Shown: positions 55,601-64,000 of the stretch, in pieces
How the letters are laid out: each line of letters opens with the position of its first letter
How positions within the stretch are numbered: position 1 is the stretch's first letter
Assembly: GCF_006345805.1 (NCBI RefSeq)
Contig: NC_043012.1
Coordinates: 12,958,001-13,022,000, forward strand
Reading direction: 5' to 3'
DNA: 64,000 nucleotides
From: Octopus sinensis
Lineage: Eukaryota
Position numbers and translations under genes: made by a program
The notes under the pieces: model-generated
What the model saw: only the letters and a program-made list of their open reading frames with translations
The model's database searches: none
Told to the model about the DNA's origin: nothing

Positions 55601-57381
55601 CACGCACGCGCACACACACCACACACATATACACACACACACAAACACACAAACGCACAAACAGATATAGCCAGTGATAAAATATTCGATTCCGTTCCAC
55701 CTGATGGCTCTTGTATCACTGTGTTTTGAACTGACATTGTGTCTGAAATGATTTATTACCCTTTGTTTTTTCCTAAGAATTTATATAAATACATTGGTGT
55801 AAAAATTCGCACATAAACATTAGTATAGAGAAAATCCTGCCAACAACTTAATATTTATATAAAAGCATATCATATAGTATGACATGCGTATGTATGTGAC
55901 TGCGCGTAAGCAGATATGTATGAATATGTGCGTGTGTGTGCTTCTGCACCTGTGTGCCTCTATGTATGTCTGTGTTTCAGATAGAAATAAACAAGACAAA
56001 AATGTGTACGCATTTATTGTTTTGTTGAAATTACGCTCTGTAAACTTCTCAGAATTTTGTGAAAGGAAGGAACTTTTTTTAACAAATGATTCCTGATATA
56101 CAATGTGGAATATTTCAACATCATATTGTACAAGGGAAATCAAGGAATTACTATATAAAAGAAAGACAGGCAATGGAAAAATGTACTGATGCAAGTAAAA
56201 AACGAAACTAGAATACACACGCACACACACATAACACACAACTATAGATATATGAAATCTACTAAATAAAACAGTGTATGTAAGTGTGAGGTATTTGTGT
56301 GTAGGTAGCTATCTAACCATGTACGTATCTATTTATCTATATATCAATACATATGTGTGTAGTTATGAATTTATAGACATACATATATATATACACTCGT
56401 GCGAAAGCATACGTGAAAAAAGAGAGCGTAAAATTTCGGCACATATACGAACATTTCACAGACAACAGATAATATTATAGACATTATAAAAGATAATTTT
56501 CTTATTATTTTGCAGTCAACATCAAGCATTGACACCGTATGTTCCATTACAAATTTTACGTAATCACTTTCTTTGTGCTTGTATTTACATACTTATTTGT
56601 TTATCTAAATGTTTGTAATTGGACATTTCGTTTAAAATCTGTCAATGTTTACTTTAATGCAGCTATGGATCTACGCTTCTGTATTTATAAATTGCTCCAT
56701 TCACAATTACATATAGGCTCATGCAATTATGATTGCATAATATGAATAAAGTAAGTTTAATTTGAATTATTTAATTATGCATTTCATTTCAGGCAGAAAA
56801 TGAACCACTTTAATAAGCAATTAAGAAACAAGTGTAAGATACATAATACATAGTGAATCTATCATGTATTGTCCCTTTAGTAAAGTGTGTATTAATAGGA
56901 AAGGCAGTATTGCTATATGCTTTAAATTTTTTTATCTGAATTCCAGTATTGCAATAAACTTTTACTTTTACGATACACCGAAATCCCTACATAAACGAGT
57001 GTAGAGGTCACAACATTGCAACCCTGCTACGCATGACGGAGAACAGAGACCAGTAGTGACAGCTGACTATGAAGGCGCCCAGAGTAGCACCCCAGCGGCT
57101 GCCTGCAACACTTAGAGAATTTTGATGACGATGGTGTATATAATTATATATGTACATTACGCATACACACATATAAATATATATCATATAAAGAAAATCA
57201 TATATATTGTACATATATTATATATAGAGATGCATATATATCGTAGACATATCATATATAGGGATGCATACATATCGTAAATATATAATATAAAGTATAT
57301 ATAGGTGTGTGTACATACGTATACACACACGCACACACACACATACATACATACACATACATACATACATACATACATACA

Positions 57382-57464
<83 letters not shown>

Positions 57465-58089
57465 TGTTGCTATTATAAGATGGCTGTGGGACACGAACAA
57501 GCACCTCTCAAATGAAAATATATGTGATATTAAACGCTAAATACGGAGCTGACAGCTTTTCCCGTCATATAAGAATAAAATACCCAATTTTTCTGCTGTT
57601 TTCACGGTTATACGGAGTTCAAAATATTACTTTCTTCTCTGTTTGATACGAGGCATTTTGACGCTTCCAGAGACAAAACGAAAAACTTTGCATATGTTGT
57701 TACATTTCAAAAGAATCTATGTAATTAGCGTTTAAGTTACCGGAGATTTTTTGCCAGCGGGCAGCATCGCTTAAAACATAATGGACTGGGATTTACACTT
57801 ACCTAGCATGGACTGCTGGACACATTTTATGAAAATGAGGCGACCATGCACACATAAAAGACAAAAGATACTTTAAATATCTTATTACTTAATAGTGGCA
57901 ACTTTTACGTCATCTGAAAAGTCATTTGCTGAACTTGCATTAGTCATCTTGTATTCTGGGTTGGGATATCAGAGCGTTTGAGTGACATTAGACCCCAACA
58001 AGAGGCCATAAGTTAAGTGCATCTATCTAGGCTACGATTGTGGCCTGTCGACCTGTGCCTGATGCCCACGATCATGGCCCGTTGGGCTT

Positions 58090-58155
58090 TATGTGTTAAT
58101 GGTAGAGTACTCAGCTGGTATCTGAGAGGTGAGTATGTCGAATCCCGCGGCTGTC
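58090..58155 (+). mobile_element. tRNA-related SINE head, degraded
   Basis: gttaatggtagagtactc...gagagg...gtcgaatcccgc shows A/B-box remnants with no complete cloverleaf. Confidence 0.45.
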
Positions 58156-58724
58156 AACTGGCAACATTTACCGTCAAATAGCGGTAAAAACACAATCTTT
58201 CAGCTGTTTTCACAGCATCATCACTGTGGTATCTCCCGTCGTTAGAAGACGTATAAGTGTTTGACAATTTCGATCGTACGGATATGTTTTCTCTTTTAAT
58301 CCTCTCGTGAGTTCTGCCGTTTGTTTATCTAAGTTGTGTTATTTTTTGTGAATTTTGTGCGTCATTGCTTCTGAACCTGTTTGCAAGCGAAGTATCGAGT
58401 CTAGAAATTCCTCCTTTATGGGGTGAATTAAACATTTTCTTTACAACTTCTTGTGTAATTTATGTACACATTAAAAATTTTTTAGCTTTCAGCCAAAACA
58501 CATACGACGCCATCAATGTAGTAAAGATTGTGTGCCAATCTAACTTGTCTGACCTTGTTTAGGACGAATGTTGCTGTAATTTAGGAACATTCGTCCTAAA
58601 GCAATAAACCTAAACCATTCGTCTTAAACCAATGAATTATATACATATATTATATATTGTGAGATTTGATTTAGAATTGCTAAATTGAATTTTTCCTTGT
58701 AAGTTTGGAATTTATATTCCTTAT

Positions 58725-59634
58725 TATTATTTTTTTTTTTTTCTTCTTTCAAATTTGCTTCCATTTCTTGCCGTGTGTCTTCCCGGCTCCTAGGGCAAAG
58801 AAACTCATAGTATACATTGGTAGGCCATTAAACTAAACTCAACAATTCGTTCATTTTTTTTTAAAGTTAAATTGAAATACATGGGTAGTAATAGTTCTCA
58901 CATCGACAATGCTCTTCTCAATACGTGTGATGTACGAGTTAAGACAATCTTTTGCACTTCTTGCAGGGATGGTAAGCCAGGGATCATTCTCATATAATTT
59001 TCGGTTCCCTTCTTGATCATTCCTAGTGCTCCTACGATCACTGGTATTGTAACCGCCTTGAGATGCCACATTTTCTTAATTTCAATGAGTAGGTCTTTAT
59101 ATTTTCTGAGCTTGTCAAACTCTTTCGCTGAGATATTATGATCACAGGGGATGCTCATGTCGATCAATAAGCAAACGTTATTGTTTTGGTCTTTCACAAC
59201 AATATCTGGTTTATTGGCCTTGATGGTTCGGTCTGTATGTACTGGAAAGTCCCACAGAATCGTTACATTTTCTCCGTCAGTTACAGCCTCAGGGTGGTGA
59301 TTATACCACTTGTCGGCAGTTTTGATATTGTAATGCCGACTTATTAGCCAGTGTAGATATTGGCCAACTCTGTCATGTCTTAATTTATACTCCACTGGTG
59401 CTAAGACTTTACATCCAGAGATTAGGTGGTTCACTGTTTCGATCATGTCGTTGCAGAATCGGCATTTTGGGTCTGCTCCATTTTTCATCACATTGGCCTG
59501 GTAGTTCCGGGTTAATAGGCTTTGATCTTGAGCAGCCAGGATGAAACCTTCGCTCTCTGCTTTTAGCCCTGAGCTTCGTAGCCACTGATGGGTTTGCTTC
59601 TGGTCAACATCAGCTTGTTTGCGGCGGGTCACAT
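58725..59634 (-). mobile_element. 5'-truncated R4/Dong-clade LINE, 244-codon open frame (zinc finger plus RLE)
   Basis: ORF 58898-59632 reads ESEGFILAAQDQSLLTRNY, CRFC...HLISGC, RHDRV, WDFPVHTDRTIKANKPDIVV, KYKDL. The frame starts at GTG next to the microsatellite, so it has no native start. Confidence 0.95.
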
Positions 59635-59661
59635 ATTATTATTATTAGTGTTGTTATTATC

Positions 59662-59721
<60 letters not shown>

Positions 59722-59793
59722 GTTATTATTATTATTATTGTCATTATTATTGTTATTATTGTTATTTTTTTATTTTTATTATTATTATTTTTA

Positions 59794-59847
<54 letters not shown>
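59634..59847. repeat. (TAT)n microsatellite between two Dong/R4 copies
   Basis: Read directly from the sequence. Confidence 0.97.
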
Positions 59848-59848
<1 letters not shown>

Positions 59849-60686
59849 GTTTTTGCCTTCTTTCTTCAAATTTTCTTCCATTTCTCGCCGAGTGTTTTCC
59901 ATACACCTAGAGCAGAGAAGCTCATTGAATGCATTCCCAGATTACACACGCACGTTCACAGATAAAATATGTATTTAAAAATTAATAAATAAATAAATTT
60001 ATGGATGGATGTTGTTTTCACAGCGATAATGCTCTTCTCAGTGCATGAGCCGTTCCAGTTAATACGATTTTTTGCACTTCCTGTAGGGATGGTAAGCATG
60101 GAATCATATTCAAATAGGTTTCAGTACCTTCTTTTATCATTCCTAGAGATCCTATAATCACTGGTACTGTAGTCGCCTTGAGATGCCATAGTTTTTCCAT
60201 TTCTATTAGCAAGTCTTTATATTTACTAATCTTGTCAAATTCTTTCGCCGCTATATTGTGATCGCAAGAAATACTCATGTCAATTAATAAACACATCTTT
60301 TTTGTCTGATATTTTATAATAATATCCGGTTTATTAGCTTTTATAGTCTTGTCGGTCTGTACGGGGAAGTCCCATAGAATCGACACATTTTCTCCCTCAG
60401 TCACAGCTTCAGGAAGGTGTTTATACCATTTGTCAACGGTTTTGATTTTATAATGCCGACATATTGTCAAATGTAAATACTGGCCGACTCTGTCATGTCT
60501 TGCTCTATACCCTGAGATTATGTGGTATATTGTTTCAATCTCATTGTAACAGAATCGGCGTTCTGGGTCAGCTCCATTTTTCATCACATTGGCTTGGTAG
60601 TTTCGGGTTAATAAGATTTAGTCTTGAGCATCTAATATGAAACCTTCACTCTCTGCTTTTAGCCCAGAGCTTCGTAACTATTGGTG
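59848..60686 (-). mobile_element. Second, diverged 5'-truncated R4/Dong-clade LINE in tandem
   Basis: ORF 60018-60587 is homologous to 58898-59632. It has an upstream stop (DAQD*) and a ~24-nt deletion in the zinc finger. The 3' UTR is similar, and (TAT)n flanks both sides. Confidence 0.93.
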
Positions 60687-60692
60687 CGTGTG

Positions 60693-60695
<3 letters not shown>

Positions 60696-60761
<66 letters not shown>

Positions 60762-61047
60762 GTAGTAGTAGTAGTAATATTAGTATTATATATACACATT
60801 CACACACACACACACATATATATATATTAATAATATATATGATTATATACATATATAGTTATAATATATGTATATATACATATATATATATGTTTGTAAT
60901 ATATATATATGTATATAAATATATATATATGTATGTATATATAATTAAGCATAAAAATATATATGATTTTATGAAGTAGCTAGCACGTGATAAACCGTCT
61001 AAGTAAAAATTAATACAAAGTATATAATTTATATATATACATATATT

Positions 61048-61115
<68 letters not shown>

Positions 61116-61329
61116 ATATGCATGGATACATATAGTGAGCGTGTTCGAACACACATCCAAAATGATGGAGATAAAGATTGCCTTTTGCTCTTAGTACAGC
61201 TTCTATCGCAATCAAGTATATATATAAACATACATACATACATACATACATACATACATACATACATACATACATACATACATACATACATACATACATA
61301 CATACATACATACATACATACATACATAC

Positions 61330-61360
<31 letters not shown>

Positions 61361-61361
61361 C

Positions 61362-61417
<56 letters not shown>

Positions 61418-61420
61418 GTA
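60696..61420. repeat. Microsatellite block (TAT)n, (TA)n, (TACA)n, (TAGA)n
   Basis: Read directly from the sequence. Many further (TA)n/(TG)n tracts occur across the window, e.g. 317-370, 3623-3692, 3919-4011, 6470-6561, 7310-7433, 20600-20710, 25724-25850, 30590-30870, 33240-33431, 45162-45283, 57200-57462. Confidence 0.97.
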
Positions 61421-61699
61421 GTATGATGGGTGAAAGCACTTGCCGATCTTTATTGTACCACCTTCACTCTTGATACTTAGTCACTCTGAAATGTCAGACT
61501 TTACTGCTAAAGTAAGTCCTGAATGAAGTCTACAATATAACTACCTGCCTAGAGCTTTGAACTAAACTTCAATTAAATGTCAAAGTTCAACCATGAGTTT
61601 TAATGAAGTAAGTCGTACCAGAACCGTTTTATGAAAGTCAATTTGTTTCATTATATTTAAATTCAGTTCATTGTTTATTGTGATGAATAAACAGTATCA

Positions 61700-62190
61700 G
61701 AACGCTTGAGACATTTGTATCCCACCGCGACTATGATAAATTTCCTAAGCAAAAGATGTTTATAATATAGATATCCTTGGTCACTATAATTACTATAAAT
61801 CGTTTGTATTGGAATATTGAAATGTCCATTCTGTACATGTGCTGAATTCGAATCATATCCGGACAATATTATCAGAGAATAAGAAATGTGTATTCCATAT
61901 GCACAATGCCAAGAAGAATGTGATGATCATTTGTCAAATGCACCATGCACTGTATCTAAGTTCAAGTTAATGCACCAAGTATTATCAGTTAGGAACAGTA
62001 CCGATATCTGCTACAGCGAGATGTATAATGAATTTGATTAAAGCCAATATATTATTGACGTTTCTCAAGGCTGTAATGATAAAATCCGTTGGACTGAAGC
62101 ACTTGTGATATTCATGTTATCTGATTGCATTGTGAATAGAATTCCAGCTGACGCCAAAGGGGTTTCCATAATTTCTGACTGATAGACGAC
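61700..62190 (-). pseudogene. Possible degenerate class A GPCR (or an isolated exon of one)
   Basis: Minus strand reads LRNVNNILALIKFIIHLAVADIG (62068-62000), matching the ICL1-TM2 LRxxxNxFIxxLAVAD motif. Weaker flanking matches are FGVSWNS and ISIFQYKRFIVII. Stops and frameshifts lie in between. Confidence 0.35.
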
Positions 62191-62816
62191 GGAAGAGCGA
62201 CGTAACGTGATGTATTCAACAACGTGGTTCCTTAAAGATATGACGTAATGCATTTGTTGTTGTTTAATACATAATTCAATCCATGTTGTGCAGACTTATA
62301 TTCACAGGTACACACAGGCACACACACACAAGCACATACACAGACACACACGTTTATATATATATATATATAATATATATATATATTATATATATATATA
62401 CATACATACACGCATATATCTGTATGTACATGTTTTGCAAGATTTATTGTATACCTACAATATATATGCTTCTCTTTATATGTGCTTCTCTTTTTATATG
62501 CTTCTCTGTTAAATTAGATATTGTTATATTTAGGGATGGTGATTTATTTATGTTTATATTTTTTCTGCCAAATAAATACACATACCATATATTCGACCTT
62601 TAATGTAGCTTTATAATTTTTGTTATATTTAATAATAAAAAAACTCAAGCCAACAACGAATATATAATGTGTATCACAAAAAGTGACCTTCCCAAAATAT
62701 AGCAATGCGTATATATACATATTTACTTACAAACACATGCACACATGTATAAATATGTTTGTGTGTGTGTGCGCGCGAGTGTCTCTATATTTATCTTTCT
62801 TTCTATCTATCTATCT

Positions 62817-62851
<35 letters not shown>

Positions 62852-62853
62852 GC

Positions 62854-62932
<79 letters not shown>

Positions 62933-64000
62933 TATATATACATACACACATATACATATTATTGTGTTCTATATTTACTAGTTGCATTAGAGATAACGTA
63001 AATTCTGTTCATGGACGTTGTTATTAGGAATATACGAACAAAATACATTTAAGCAAAGTCTATCAAAGCCCATCTCCATATAGGTTCTTTGTATTCCTAT
63101 CTACGAACAGACTGGAATGACTTAGTTTGAACGAACAATCAGCCACGGTACTCTCGTTATTAAACCGACTGTCGTCGTGAATGTCCGTGGTAAAGAGTGA
63201 TTATAACCGTATCTTATAAACTGACGTATGGCACTGATTTTGATTCCGCATCGTTCGCAGCATTCTGTTTGATTACAGATGCATTTCTTTTTTTTTTCTG
63301 TTTTTCACGGACAATAATACATAAAGTCTAAAAAAAATCGTAAAGTTGATTAATTCGTCTTTTTCGTATATTGCAGCGATCGATGTCATGTGAGATCAAT
63401 GAATGCAAAACGTAGGACGATTCGAATTGAACTTGTATGATGTCAGAAATATAATACAACGTTGTTTTGTTAGCCTGATATGATAATATTCTTTTGAAAA
63501 ATCCAGAAGCATTTCAGGAACCTCATCCATGTTAATGTAGTTCAAAGCAATATTTTGAGGACAATTCATACAGTAACACAGATATACATACATATATAAG
63601 TAGATGCATACATATATTACACACGCACTCACACAGGCACGCATACACATTTACATAGTCGTATAAATATACCTATATATTATATACATAATCTGCACAT
63701 ATCATATAATGTATATTTTATATGCCCTCACCTTCTTGCTGGAACTGTATATTATGTATGTAAATATATGTATGTAAATATATGCGTTTGCGAGTGTGTG
63801 TGCGTGCATATGCGTGTTCGATTGTCAGTGTGCGTGCATACGTCTCTGTCATCGCGTGTGCATGTCTGCCTGTCTGCGTAAATCTATGAACTATATTATC
63901 CAACAATCAAAATTCTGGACATTCTTATTTGGAATTTACAAACAAATTACATTCAGATTTAAGTAAAGCCTAAGTCAATATATGTTCTTTGTATTCCCAT

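Noticed and set aside
57795-57815. U1 snRNA-like ACTTACCTAGCATGG
   Set aside because: Similarity ends after about 15 nt, with no U1 stem-loops or Sm site.

Overview
AT-rich, microsatellite-dense eukaryotic DNA. The repeat families (tRNA-derived/CORE-type SINEs, R4/Dong and RTE LINEs, Penelope-like elements, mariners) match what I recognise from octopus (coleoid cephalopod) genomes; the species is my inference. Only one intact host gene is supported: a 328-aa class A GPCR encoded by a single coding exon (26309-27295, minus strand). It is FMRFamide/peptide-receptor-like but has lost the E/DRY motif and has KPxxY in place of NPxxY. Almost all other ORFs in the track are microsatellite translations or transposon relics. 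The most striking non-coding signal is a set of minimal type I hammerhead ribozyme motifs from several unrelated Penelope-like pLTR families. Two of these occur as inverted pairs: a ~165-bp palindrome at 3.8 kb and a ~1.35-kb inverted repeat at 7.7-9.0 kb. Also present are TAA-microsatellite-embedded Dong/R4 LINEs, a nested SINE-in-SINE insertion with a target-site duplication, an exact 362-bp tandem duplication, a possible second (pseudo)GPCR near 62 kb, and candidate plus-strand micro-exons. All alignments and folds were done by eye.
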